From Candidatus Woesebacteria bacterium RBG_16_42_24 (GTDB lineage: Bacteria > Patescibacteriota > Microgenomatia > UBA8517): a DNA stretch of 64,000 nt. The DNA lies in contig MGFX01000006.1 in assembly GCA_001792115.1 (NCBI GenBank), positions 146,537-210,536 on the forward strand, read 5' to 3'. The notes under the pieces are model-generated. The model did no database searches and was not told the origin of the DNA. It was given only the letters and a program-made list of their open reading frames with translations. Position numbers and translations under genes: made by a program. This document shows, piece by piece, positions 1 through 9,169 of this stretch; the first letter of the stretch is position 1, and every line of letters starts with the position of its first letter.

Positions 1-105
1 CGATTGGAAGCTATTTCTGTATTAAGTAAAAGATTAAGTAGGGAGGATTATCCCAGGAGAATTATCTTTGAATCTAAAATATTGCTAAAGCAGATCTATT
101 TTTGA
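1..105 (+). CDS. possible 3' end of a gene truncated by the window edge
   Basis: Open frame from base 1 (RLEAISVLSKRLSREDYPRRIIFESKILLKQIYF) ending TGA at 103-105; no recognisable motif. Confidence 0.3.
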   Translation, partial: RLEAISVLSKRLSREDYPRRIIFESKILLKQIYF

Positions 106-207
106 GGCTAGAATGAAGTCGTTTTGGTGGAGGCCTCCAATTTTGTGGGTCCAGAGTTCAATCCTGACCTATTTTAGCTAAAAAATTCAAGTTAATTCTT
201 ATGGGGG

Positions 208-465
208 CTATCTTACCTTTTGATATTCTTCGTAGGCAGTTGTAAAAGCGGAATTTACCGCCTTCATCAGTTCAATAACTTTAGCCTTGACGTCTACAGA
301 TTTCACTACATCGTTTTCAGCAAATCTGTGGGCCCAGACCTCAATCAATTTGGTTATTGATTCTCCCTCTTCAGTCGTACCCCCCGAGCTGACTATAGAG
401 CGACGAACCTTTTCTGAGTCCCAGTCCTCGGTTGTACCGTCTCTTTTTAGTACAGCAAGCGTCAT
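208..465 (-). CDS. stand-alone ATP-cone domain protein
   Basis: N-terminal VLKRDGTTEDWDSEKV matches the ATP-cone signature V.KRDG..E.FD..KI; 85 aa, whole protein is the domain. Confidence 0.8.
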   Translation of the reverse strand: MTLAVLKRDGTTEDWDSEKVRRSIVSSGGTTEEGESITKLIEVWAHRFAENDVVKSVDVKAKVIELMKAVNSAFTTAYEEYQKVR

Positions 466-482
466 ATATTCATTTTAGATCA

Positions 483-548
483 TTTATAACAGATTTCAAG
501 AACACCGCGAATTATTAATTCGCGGATGAATTGAAACTGATATGTCAT
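483..548 (-). mobile_element. miniature hairpin-bearing repeat (IS200/IS605-end-like), partial copy 1
   Basis: Reverse complement of 8346-8407 with identical flanks and a different internal hairpin (CCGCGAATTATTAATTCGCGG). Confidence 0.6.
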
Positions 549-565
549 GGGAAACTTCTTAAGTC

Positions 566-2341
566 CTACCAACTTCCTCCTCCCCCTCCGCCAAAACCAC
601 CTCCAGAGCCTCCCCCACCTCCAAAACCTGATCCCCCACTCGCGGCACCCTTTGGCCTTGAGGCAGAAATTCCCGAGCCGAGTCCGGTATTAATATAGCC
701 AAGAGAGGCGTTAAAGTGAACGATATTTAAATTAGTTCCATGATACCAATTCAAGTTTTTAATATCAGCGTCTTTGAAGGCTTGAATAAACTTTTCGGTT
801 ATGCCAAAGGCGATAGCGTAAGGAAGAACCTCCTCAAAAAAGTTGTGTTTCTCATAGATTTTCGTTCGCCAGGAGCCTAAGTTTAGAACTTCTTTAAAAC
901 CTACTATTTCGGCTAAAGCCTTTCTTCCTTTACCAGTCCTTGCCGGCATAAAAAATGAGAAGGCGATGATAATAAGTCCTGAACCTATAAAAGCAATGAA
1001 AAAAGAGGCGGGGCTTACGATAAATGGTGCAATTCCGCCTCCCAAAAAAAATCCCGCAAAAATAGTGATTATTCCCACTGCCAAGTACTTATTTCTAACC
1101 TCGTCCGGCCGGCCCTCAAAATAGCCATTCATAGTTAGATCTTCATATAGATTCTTTTCCGCCTCTTTCAAGCTTTGGTAGGCTTTTGGATGGAGTTTGG
1201 TTAGTACCGCGGGAATATCTCGCTTTTCGCTAAATAACATATCAAGAACTGAAAGCTCGTAGGGCTTTAAGACCCCCTCATCTTTTTTGGTATAGTGAAG
1301 GGTAAACTTAGTTTTTCCGAAAAGCCCTTTTTTTGATTCCTCTTCGATTTTTATAAATCCTCGCCTCGCCAAATCTATGACTGTCGCCGTAATGTCTCGA
1401 AGGTGTGCTTTCTCGTCTACCAAGGTTCCAACTTCTCCCGGAGATAAATTCCTAGGGGGACTCACGCTTGTTGATATTGCGTTCAGGTTCTCCAAAAGTG
1501 GAACAGGCTCCTCCCCCAGTTGCTCGTTGAAGATGTCGATGAATTTTTTATCACGACCCTTTAGCATATAAAGCCTAAACATGATTATTAAGACCGCAAT
1601 CGGGACCAAATAAAGCCAATTGTCCAAAAGAAAAATGAGGAGTTTTTGGGCTGATGTGGGGAAAGTTAAGGCGGATTTATCAAGGGCAACTGCAACTGTT
1701 AAACCTTGTTGGGGGTCAACATTTTTTGTAGTGAACGTGGCGGTATCTCTCTCCGAGGTCTTTGTGCAGTTTTCTTCTTGACTACCGAAATAGCCGGTAA
1801 AACAGGCGGTATTTATGAGGCTTCCGTCTGGAGTATAGACGTTGGCAGTTGCAGAAAGTATCGAGACAGGCCAATCGTTACCGGTTACATTCCAATAGAG
1901 CTCGGCAGACTCACCTGGCGTGGTAATAACCTGGCTAACTTTGTAGGTGATTACGTAGGTATTTCTCCCTGTTATTGTCAGATCCGGATCGCCGATTCTA
2001 ATTTTTGTGTTATTTCCTTCCTTGGTGATTTTTGTTTCTAACTTCTTCCCACCGGAATCCGTGACAGAGAGAAGGTTGAGGCGAATATTTAAGTTATTGC
2101 CATATTGTGTTTGGTATTTGACGGGGATTGTCCGATAAATTCCATGCTTTTGCAACCCCGCAAAGTCCACGATTATCGTTTCCGTGACGCCAACCGTGGT
2201 GTCTTGATTAACTCTAATGTCCGCCTTAAAGCTTTCAATTATCCAACCAGTATCATCTTGGGCATAGACTTTTCCTTGGGTTGCAAGAAAGAAAAGAAGA
2301 AAAACACTAAACACGCTAAAAATTTTCCTTAAAAGGAGCAT
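566..2341 (-). CDS. DUF2207 family membrane protein
   Basis: Signal peptide, HGIYRTIP and LYWNVTG.DW motifs, TM helices, LPYAIAFG, Gly-rich GGGFGGGGGGSW C-terminus. Confidence 0.85.
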   Translation of the reverse strand: MLLLRKIFSVFSVFLLFFLATQGKVYAQDDTGWIIESFKADIRVNQDTTVGVTETIIVDFAGLQKHGIYRTIPVKYQTQYGNNLNIRLNLLSVTDSGGKKLETKITKEGNNTKIRIGDPDLTITGRNTYVITYKVSQVITTPGESAELYWNVTGNDWPVSILSATANVYTPDGSLINTACFTGYFGSQEENCTKTSERDTATFTTKNVDPQQGLTVAVALDKSALTFPTSAQKLLIFLLDNWLYLVPIAVLIIMFRLYMLKGRDKKFIDIFNEQLGEEPVPLLENLNAISTSVSPPRNLSPGEVGTLVDEKAHLRDITATVIDLARRGFIKIEEESKKGLFGKTKFTLHYTKKDEGVLKPYELSVLDMLFSEKRDIPAVLTKLHPKAYQSLKEAEKNLYEDLTMNGYFEGRPDEVRNKYLAVGIITIFAGFFLGGGIAPFIVSPASFFIAFIGSGLIIIAFSFFMPARTGKGRKALAEIVGFKEVLNLGSWRTKIYEKHNFFEEVLPYAIAFGITEKFIQAFKDADIKNLNWYHGTNLNIVHFNASLGYINTGLGSGISASRPKGAASGGSGFGGGGGSGGGFGGGGGGSW

Positions 2342-2389
2342 AATACTAATTTATCATATAATCTGATACTCTAAAGGCATAATCTTTGG

Positions 2390-3157
2390 ATGAAAGCCAT
2401 TAAAATCCTATTTTTATTTCTTCTACTTATAGCAGTCGGGGTAGTAATGTTTAAAATAGGCAACGCAGTTCCTAAAAAAGAAACACCACTCCCCGCTCCT
2501 AAAGTAATGGGGGTATCGGAAGTTGTAGTGGCCGGCGAAGAATATTCCTTTACGACCATTAAAGTGACAGATGCTTCAAGAGTAAAACTTTTGCCGAACT
2601 TTTTGGAACAAAAGACGTCAGAAGAAATTATTAATGAAGGAAGATGTAAAAATTTGGTGAACGGAGGATTCTATTCGGAGAAATTTACACCCATTGGACT
2701 TTTTATAAGTGAGCGAGAAGAAATACAAAAGAGACAGATAAATGCAACATTTAACGGATTTTTTCTAGTAAGCGAAGGAAATATTCCTGAGATTTTAAGA
2801 GAGACTCGGGATGAGGAATATAGAATTGGTCTTCAAGCTGGCCCTATCCTCATTTTGAATTCCACCCCTTTAATACTTAAGCTTAAAGAGGAAGAGCAGG
2901 AGAAAGATAGAAGGGTTATTGTCGCGCTAAATGATAAAGGAGAGACATTTTTTATTGTCGTATTTACACAAAACTCTGTTTTTTCAGGACCGACCCTAGC
3001 ATCTCTACCTGAACTTTTACAAGAAGTTCAAAATTCCTTAGGCGAAAATTTTGTTTCTGCGCTAAACCTGGACGGAGGTGCTGCATCAACTTTTTGGGGT
3101 GAGGGGGCAAGACTCAAAGAGCTATCCCCTATCGGAAGTTACTTCTGTATAAACTAA
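2390..3157 (+). CDS. phosphodiester glycosidase (NAGPA-like) family exported protein
   Basis: N-terminal TM; NGGFY, QAGPIL and ALNLDGGAAS motifs. Confidence 0.75.
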   Translation: MKAIKILFLFLLLIAVGVVMFKIGNAVPKKETPLPAPKVMGVSEVVVAGEEYSFTTIKVTDASRVKLLPNFLEQKTSEEIINEGRCKNLVNGGFYSEKFTPIGLFISEREEIQKRQINATFNGFFLVSEGNIPEILRETRDEEYRIGLQAGPILILNSTPLILKLKEEEQEKDRRVIVALNDKGETFFIVVFTQNSVFSGPTLASLPELLQEVQNSLGENFVSALNLDGGAASTFWGEGARLKELSPIGSYFCIN

Positions 3158-3178
3158 TATCTCGCGCAGGAAATGGGG

Positions 3179-3679
3179 TTAGTGTTTTCTTGTCAATCTG
3201 TCTATTTCGTTTTCGTGTTCCTTAACAAACCAGTTGTCTAAATATGGCAGATACCTAATCTGTAAATCTTTCGGCAACTTGAAAAAATTGCCTTGATATA
3301 CTCCTCTACAATTTTTACTTCCACAATGACAATCAAAAGTTCCATCGTTATATCCATTTATAGAATAATCATAAGTAATTTCATCGCCTTTTTTAATATC
3401 TTTCATCGCAAAAACTTTCCTTTTACCTTCTATTGTTTTTACATAAGTTGAGGAGTCACAAGAGTGATTGATGTGTCTTTCCGGAGGTTGCATCAAAACT
3501 ATTTTCCCATCGGCTAAATAGTCGCATTCATACTCATGTTGGTATTTTGTTAATTTGGAAGGATCTTTTACTGCGTGCGAGTCATTAATTTCTAAAACAA
3601 TTTCTCCTTTTTTGATGTTTTCTAAAGCATATACGCCTTTTCCTTGAATTTTAGAAACTTTTACTGTAACCCTTTTCAT
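3179..3679 (-). CDS. SET domain protein-lysine methyltransferase with post-SET cysteines
   Basis: GKGVYA, INHSCD, EITYDY, CHCGSKNCRG motifs. Confidence 0.9.
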   Translation of the reverse strand: MKRVTVKVSKIQGKGVYALENIKKGEIVLEINDSHAVKDPSKLTKYQHEYECDYLADGKIVLMQPPERHINHSCDSSTYVKTIEGKRKVFAMKDIKKGDEITYDYSINGYNDGTFDCHCGSKNCRGVYQGNFFKLPKDLQIRYLPYLDNWFVKEHENEIDRLTRKH

Positions 3680-3740
3680 AATTGAAGTATATTTAGAAAT
3701 TTTTAAACACCCGAAGGAAATGGGCCCCTATGTTTGTCTT

Positions 3741-4070
3741 TTAGAACAGCTTGCCACCAAGCGGAACATCTTTGTCTGGTACAACAAGAATTGCTTTTCC
3801 TTCTTCATCAGGAAAACCCAAAGTTAGGACTTCTGATACTGCGGGTCCCATCTGAAAAGGTGGAAGGTTCACAACTCCTGCAATTAACCTTCCTTTAAGT
3901 TCTTCTTTTTTGTAATGAGTGAATTGACCGATTGATTTTTTGACTCCGATTTCCGGGCCAAAATCTACCTCCATCTTGTAACATGGTTTACGCGCCTCGG
4001 GGTAATCCTCAACCTTTACAATTTTTCCCACCCTTATGTCAAGTTTATTGAAGTCGTCAATAGTAGCCAT
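3741..4070 (-). CDS. csaA: tRNA-binding OB-fold protein / CsaA chaperone
   Basis: DFNKLDIRVGKI, VDFGPEIG, VVNLPP..MG..SEVLTLG, G.KLF. Confidence 0.8.
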   Translation of the reverse strand: MATIDDFNKLDIRVGKIVKVEDYPEARKPCYKMEVDFGPEIGVKKSIGQFTHYKKEELKGRLIAGVVNLPPFQMGPAVSEVLTLGFPDEEGKAILVVPDKDVPLGGKLF

Positions 4071-4227
4071 TTCGAATATTATAGCAGTTTAATTTTTAGA
4101 GCCCACGCAGGAAATGGTTTTGAAATTGGGGGCCTGCTTACAGGGACGGTCCTTGTAAGCGACTACCAAAGCTGACGGTTGCATATCTGAATTTTTCCTA
4201 AACACCGGAAAAGATATAATAATAACT

Positions 4228-5091
4228 GTGATTATAAAAGGCAAAAAAGAATTTATTGACCAGATAACGAAATTCGACATAAAGACCAAATATGCAGTTG
4301 TAAAACCTAATTGGAAAAGTAACCATGAAGGCGAATTCACCGAGCCAGAAATACTTAGCTGGCTTTTTGAGGCTCTGCCAAACCAGAAAAAGATTGTCGT
4401 AGAAAGCTATACTCCCTGGAGAGGATTAAAATTTATTGAATCCGATTCTCATAAAGGAAAGGGAGTAACTCTTGATGGTGGTAAGGCTCACTGGGATTTC
4501 TACAAGGAGCAAGACCAGCATTTTTTAGGTACAACAGGAATAGGTAACGTATTAAAGAAACACAAAGTAGACTATATAAATATTACAAACGAAGTTTGGG
4601 GTGGAAAATGTATTGGTCCGGAGGTTATAAAAAAGGAAGTTACTGATAAGAAAGAAAGGATTACGTGGGAGGAGCTCTACTCCTATATACCTCAAAAACT
4701 TTATCAAATACGAAAATCGTCAACGCTAATCAGCTTGTCCAAAATTAAAATTGAGGAGGGTATCCAGGCAATCTATATTAGTATGTCAATAAAAAATCTT
4801 TTTGGACTTATTCCCCATCCATCTCGCTGGATACCTTTCCACGGAGAAAATCACGAGTCGGTATCAGAGGTAACGCGCGATATTTACACACTCTACACGC
4901 TTTTATTCGATAAGACCCTCTGGGTTGCTGAAGGCATTAAAACTTTAGTTAGAAATTATTGTGAGCCTCACCAAAAGGTGGTCGAAAATCAAAACTTATT
5001 ATTCGTTGGTCGGAGTGCAAAACAAGTTGATTCTGAAGCCTGCAAAATTCTTGGAATAGACCCCGCTAAGGTTCCCCATCTCCACTTATAA
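4228..5091 (+). CDS. DUF362-like protein
   Basis: VVKPNW, LISLSKIK, SMSIKNLFGLIP motifs typical of DUF362. Confidence 0.6.
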   Translation: MIIKGKKEFIDQITKFDIKTKYAVVKPNWKSNHEGEFTEPEILSWLFEALPNQKKIVVESYTPWRGLKFIESDSHKGKGVTLDGGKAHWDFYKEQDQHFLGTTGIGNVLKKHKVDYINITNEVWGGKCIGPEVIKKEVTDKKERITWEELYSYIPQKLYQIRKSSTLISLSKIKIEEGIQAIYISMSIKNLFGLIPHPSRWIPFHGENHESVSEVTRDIYTLYTLLFDKTLWVAEGIKTLVRNYCEPHQKVVENQNLLFVGRSAKQVDSEACKILGIDPAKVPHLHL

Positions 5092-5138
5092 CTACGTAAG
5101 AAAATTCACACTACTCGCGCAGGAAACGGTCTTCGTCT

Positions 5139-5819
5139 TTATGCTAAGACATAATCCGCGTAAGCGATTGTAAGAAGCTCGTCTTCGACTATTTGCATCT
5201 CTGCAAGCCTTATGTCCTCTTCGCTGTACTCTTCATCTGGCCCGAGCTCTAAACGGTCTCTAACCATAAAATCTGTTGGTTTGTAGTGGTCTGGAAACAC
5301 GCGTTTTGCAACAAGAATGTCTTTCAGAAAAGCCGACCATTCCACCGTCTCACTACTTTGGGTCAAACTGCTTTTCTCGATGGAACCAACCTCTTTTGCC
5401 AAGTCTCTAAGTGGTTGAGGAATCCTATGCCACCCTGCGGGCTGCCTGCTATTTCGTATTACCTTTTCACCGCCGCCTAAATCTTTACCAATGAGTATTG
5501 TGGGGAAACCTCTGGCATTAACCGGAGTTAGAACAAACCCGACTGAAATTCCGCCGTCAGGCGTTTTGACGGAGAACTGCTTAGGATCTGTTTGCACAAT
5601 TCGAATTGCAAGGAGTTTGTTATCGATTGTCGGAATGGAGAAAAACTTTTCTCCCAAAACCCAGCCGCCAAACTGCCTAAAGTCGTAGCCCGGCCAGTCG
5701 CTAAAATCCCAATCACTACCTTCAGGTTCGGCTCCGGTAAGATAGTCCTTATTGGACATAATTTCACCAAGGATATCCGAAAACGAAAGCGTGGTTTCCT
5801 CTTCTTCTTTCCCTGCCAT
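5139..5819 (-). CDS. hypothetical protein
   Basis: 226-aa ORF filling the gap between repeats A4 and A5; TATAAT upstream. Confidence 0.6.
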   Translation of the reverse strand: MAGKEEEETTLSFSDILGEIMSNKDYLTGAEPEGSDWDFSDWPGYDFRQFGGWVLGEKFFSIPTIDNKLLAIRIVQTDPKQFSVKTPDGGISVGFVLTPVNARGFPTILIGKDLGGGEKVIRNSRQPAGWHRIPQPLRDLAKEVGSIEKSSLTQSSETVEWSAFLKDILVAKRVFPDHYKPTDFMVRDRLELGPDEEYSEEDIRLAEMQIVEDELLTIAYADYVLA

Positions 5820-5886
5820 ATATTTTTAGAAAAAGTGAGGGAAATTATAACATAAATAATTCGGAGGCCGCGCAGGAAATGGGGCC

Positions 5887-6165
5887 TTATGCCGAAGATT
5901 GAATTTGGAGTTTCTTTTCAACTTTTGAAATTCTAGGTTCGTGATCTTCATAAACTTTATGAGTTAATATTTCCTGCCCTTCTCTTATTACCTTGAGCTC
6001 GCCCATTACCTCATCCATTTTTCCATAAAATTCATCTTTTGTTGGAAGGTGACTGATATCATCTTTAGTTGCGATTCTGTTTTCAATAGCATCATCCAAC
6101 CGTTCGTCAAATGTAACTTCCATTAAGTCTTTAATCGCCATGAGATCTTTGTTTGTAAGTGCCAT
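5887..6165 (-). CDS. small coiled-coil hypothetical protein
   Basis: IATKDDISHLPTKDEF repeat and HEPRISKVE tail; 92 aa. Confidence 0.65.
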   Translation of the reverse strand: MALTNKDLMAIKDLMEVTFDERLDDAIENRIATKDDISHLPTKDEFYGKMDEVMGELKVIREGQEILTHKVYEDHEPRISKVEKKLQIQSSA

Positions 6166-6262
6166 AGCGCTATTTAACTATAGAACGCCTATTTCGTCAA
6201 GCAAAAGATATGTGGCCCGCGCAGGAAATGGGGCCTCAATGTATCCAATTTGGTAAACTTAC

Positions 6263-7255
6263 TTGATGGATAAAAATATAAAGCCGGGTTACAAAAAATA
6301 TTTGGCTTCAATGCACGGAAAGTTTATTACCCCCGATGATGTGATTAGAGAGGTTGTAAAAGAGGGGGCTGGTAATTTGGTATCGAAAAAACGAATTATT
6401 GCAGGCGAAGTGAGTGAGGTATACAACATTATTTTAGAAAACAAAAAGCCCGTAATCCTTCGAATTTCAAGAAGTCCACGGCCAAACTTTCTTCAAGATA
6501 AGTGGGCAATGGAGCAAGTCAAAAAGCTGGGTGTTCCTGTTCCTGAAATCCTACTTATTAAATACCTAATTGTTGGGAATCAAGAACTTTCCTTTTGTTT
6601 AATGGAGAAAGCGGAAGGAAAATCACTCGAGAGGGGGGGCATAAATTTTGAATCGCTTCCCGAAGCAATAAGGAAATCGTATATCTTACAAGCTGGAGAA
6701 ATTCTATCCAAAATTCACTCCATTGAAACCCTAGGTTTTGGATGGATTATTGGAGAGGGAAAGGCGGAATACAACACCTCTGAAGAAATTATTGACGAAC
6801 TGTTAAAAAGAAAAGAGAGGATATATAAGGTCGCTGATGCTCAAAAGTTTGATCGACGGCTTGTCGACGAAGCCCTGGACATTGTAGGCAGATTCAGGGA
6901 AAGATATTCTCACATTAACCCCCACCTAAACCATGCAGACTACGGGCACAAGCACTTTATGGTAAAGAAGGGAAAAATTGTGGCTGTTTTGGATTGGGGT
7001 GGAGTACGAAGCGATTCACCAATATATGATTTCGCTAATTGGGATTATTGGTACGGGCATTACATTCCGACCAATTGGTTAAAAGAAGGCTACCAGAACA
7101 AACAACTATTTGACGAGAATTTTGAAGACACCCTTCACGTTATGAGAATCATGAAAGGGATAGAAATAGCCGATTGGTACGAGTCGCAAAACTATGGAGA
7201 GGCAGTTGAAAAAGCACTTGCCAAGTTGACCGATGACTTGAATTACTTCAAGTGA
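6263..7255 (+). CDS. aminoglycoside phosphotransferase / choline kinase family protein
   Basis: GVPVPEIL, HADYGHKH (HxD catalytic loop), VLDWG, PIYDFA. Confidence 0.8.
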   Translation: MMDKNIKPGYKKYLASMHGKFITPDDVIREVVKEGAGNLVSKKRIIAGEVSEVYNIILENKKPVILRISRSPRPNFLQDKWAMEQVKKLGVPVPEILLIKYLIVGNQELSFCLMEKAEGKSLERGGINFESLPEAIRKSYILQAGEILSKIHSIETLGFGWIIGEGKAEYNTSEEIIDELLKRKERIYKVADAQKFDRRLVDEALDIVGRFRERYSHINPHLNHADYGHKHFMVKKGKIVAVLDWGGVRSDSPIYDFANWDYWYGHYIPTNWLKEGYQNKQLFDENFEDTLHVMRIMKGIEIADWYESQNYGEAVEKALAKLTDDLNYFK

Positions 7256-7297
7256 TTATTAGCATTTAAGCGCTTACAGCGAAGGAAGTGGGACCAT

Positions 7298-7648
7298 TTA
7301 GCCTTTTGAAGCTATCAAACTAATTTCAATTTTCGCACCCATTGGCAGCTCCTTCACACATACAGTTTCTCTGGCTGGATAAGGTTCCGAAAAATAACTT
7401 CCATAAATTTCGTTAACATCCCCGTATAAGGACATGTCTGTTACATAAATCGTGGTTTTAACAACGTCGGCAAAAGTCACACCCGCTTTTTCAAGTACCC
7501 CTTTCAAATTTTTCATTACCTGATGGGTTTGCTCTTTTATACTTCCCTCCAAAAGTTTTCCCTCCGGAGTCAAATAAACCTGACCTGATGTAAAGACAAA
7601 ATTGTCTTTTGTAACGGAGGGAGAAAAAGGGAGTTTTGGGTGACCCAT
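7298..7648 (-). CDS. RidA/YjgF/YER057c family imine deaminase
   Basis: PFSP, FTSGQ, VVKTTIY, YPARETV, LPMGAKIEI. Confidence 0.9.
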   Translation of the reverse strand: MGHPKLPFSPSVTKDNFVFTSGQVYLTPEGKLLEGSIKEQTHQVMKNLKGVLEKAGVTFADVVKTTIYVTDMSLYGDVNEIYGSYFSEPYPARETVCVKELPMGAKIEISLIASKG

Positions 7649-7696
7649 ACGAGCTGATTATATCAAAACCTGTGTGCAGGAAGTAGGTTCTTGTAA

Positions 7697-8242
7697 TTAT
7701 TCCAGAAGATATTCCCAGCCTGGTTGCCAAGCTTTTTTCTTTCTCCAATCCTCGGCAAAAGCTTGCTTCCAAGTTTTTCCTTTTATAAGTACATCCAAAG
7801 CCAGCTGAGGTGCTTTATGGGCAACAATGGCGACATGTTTTCCATCGTAATTTTCTTTTAAGAAATCCAAAAAATCCTGAATTCTTTTCTCAACATCTTC
7901 GTAGCTTTCACCATTGGGAAACCTTTTTGTAATATTTTCTTCTTGCTTCGGCTCGACAATCTTCGATGGTTTGCCGTTTAAATCCCCATAATTACACTCA
8001 CGTAATCTCTTATCGTAAATAATTTCAACAATCCCGCCAAAAGTGAGATTTGCTGAATCTGCCGATCTTTTCAAATCAGAACAGAAGACAACATCAAATT
8101 TCTTGCCCTTTACTTGCTTTCTCAGCTCTTTCGACTCCCGTACTCCTTTTTCAGAAAGTTCTGCATCCGACCAACCAGAAGATATCCCCGTCTCATTATC
8201 GGTAGTTGTCCCATGAACAAAATATGTAATTTTTACAGGCAT
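7697..8242 (-). CDS. histidine phosphatase (PGM-like) family protein
   Basis: VHGTT (RHG variant), SDLKRS, LRECNYG, GES, VAH. Confidence 0.85.
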   Translation of the reverse strand: MPVKITYFVHGTTTDNETGISSGWSDAELSEKGVRESKELRKQVKGKKFDVVFCSDLKRSADSANLTFGGIVEIIYDKRLRECNYGDLNGKPSKIVEPKQEENITKRFPNGESYEDVEKRIQDFLDFLKENYDGKHVAIVAHKAPQLALDVLIKGKTWKQAFAEDWRKKKAWQPGWEYLLE

Positions 8243-8251
8243 AAATAAATT

Positions 8252-8407
8252 TATGACATCCTCCGCGGACTAAAAGTCCGCGGTTTCCCTTCAAAGGAGG
8301 ATGATACTTCGACAAGCTCAGTATCATTCTGAGTATTATCGAAGAATGACATATCAGTTTCAATTCATCCCCGATTTAATCGGGGTGTTCTTGAAATCTG
8401 TTATAAA
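8252..8407 (+). mobile_element. miniature two-hairpin repeat (IS200/IS605-end-like), copy 2, with nested REP-like pair
   Basis: ATGACAT + CCGCGGACTAAAAGTCCGCGG hairpin ... ATGACATATCAG + CCCCGATTTAATCGGGG hairpin; homologous to 483-548 and 49319-49428. Confidence 0.6.
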
Positions 8408-8451
8408 CTTGATTTATTCTACTTCGGGGCTAATTTGAAGACAAATTATTT

Positions 8452-9102
8452 CTACAATATTTTCTTAATTTCTTTTAATTCTTTAATCATTTTGAAGGCT
8501 AGTGACTCCAGCTCGGGGTGGGGATCTTTGTTGACGGCAATGCCGTAGTGAAGTTCTCGGAAAAGTGCTATGTCGCTATCACCGTCTCCGATTACGGAAC
8601 ATCTCTCTTTCTCTATATTATTTCTTGAAATAAATTCGTTAAATTGCTCAAGCTTTTTTGCCGCCTGGTCAGCATAATAATTAAGATCCACTAGGTTGCC
8701 CTCTTTATCCCAAATTAAATCTGTATTTGCATACCAGTGGGGTATACCCAGCCTTTCTGCAATGGCCTCGACATAAAGGTCAACAGATCCGGAAATTAAA
8801 CACAGTCGGTAGAACTTTTTAAGATACTCTACAATTTCAACTACATCCTTTTTAAATTTCCAAGATCTAAACATTTTTTCCATATATTTTTTATTCGCGT
8901 TTCGCGTACTTCTCCAAAGACCAATTAATTCTTTCTTTGCGTCAAGGTAAGACAACTTACCTTTTCTGAAACGTTCTTCAAATATATCAACATGGGTAGC
9001 ACGGGAAGCTCCCAACCCTTCGGTGATTTCGTACCAGGAAATGGTTTCAGTCAAAGTCCCGTCTATATCTAAAATAACTGTATCAATTTTTTCTTTTAGC
9101 AT
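8452..9102 (-). CDS. HAD-superfamily hydrolase (phosphoserine phosphatase-like)
   Basis: DIDGTL motif I, ISGS motif II, K motif III, GDGDSD motif IV. Confidence 0.85.
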   Translation of the reverse strand: MLKEKIDTVILDIDGTLTETISWYEITEGLGASRATHVDIFEERFRKGKLSYLDAKKELIGLWRSTRNANKKYMEKMFRSWKFKKDVVEIVEYLKKFYRLCLISGSVDLYVEAIAERLGIPHWYANTDLIWDKEGNLVDLNYYADQAAKKLEQFNEFISRNNIEKERCSVIGDGDSDIALFRELHYGIAVNKDPHPELESLAFKMIKELKEIKKIL

Positions 9103-9169
9103 TCTTTTTCAAAATTTTATCACGATCCTGAGTTTTACCGAAGGACTCCGAAGCTACTTTGAAGACAAA

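Larger units (their letters stand above)
3161..7690 (+). repeat. dispersed intergenic direct repeat family A (consensus ~CGCGCAGGAAATGGGGCC), 8 copies
   Basis: Copies at ~3161, 3709, 4103, 5114, 5867, 6216, 7277, 7673, all on the same strand, one per intergenic gap. Confidence 0.85.

Noticed and set aside
6211-6235. Repeat A copy resembling a reverse-complemented tRNA 3' end or SRP loop
   Set aside because: No TTCGA T-loop or SRP helix context; other copies do not support it
9033-9047. CCAGGAAATGGTT resembling repeat A (similar partial matches at ~36191, ~24975 and ~41850)
   Set aside because: Short matches, mostly inside coding sequence, expected by chance
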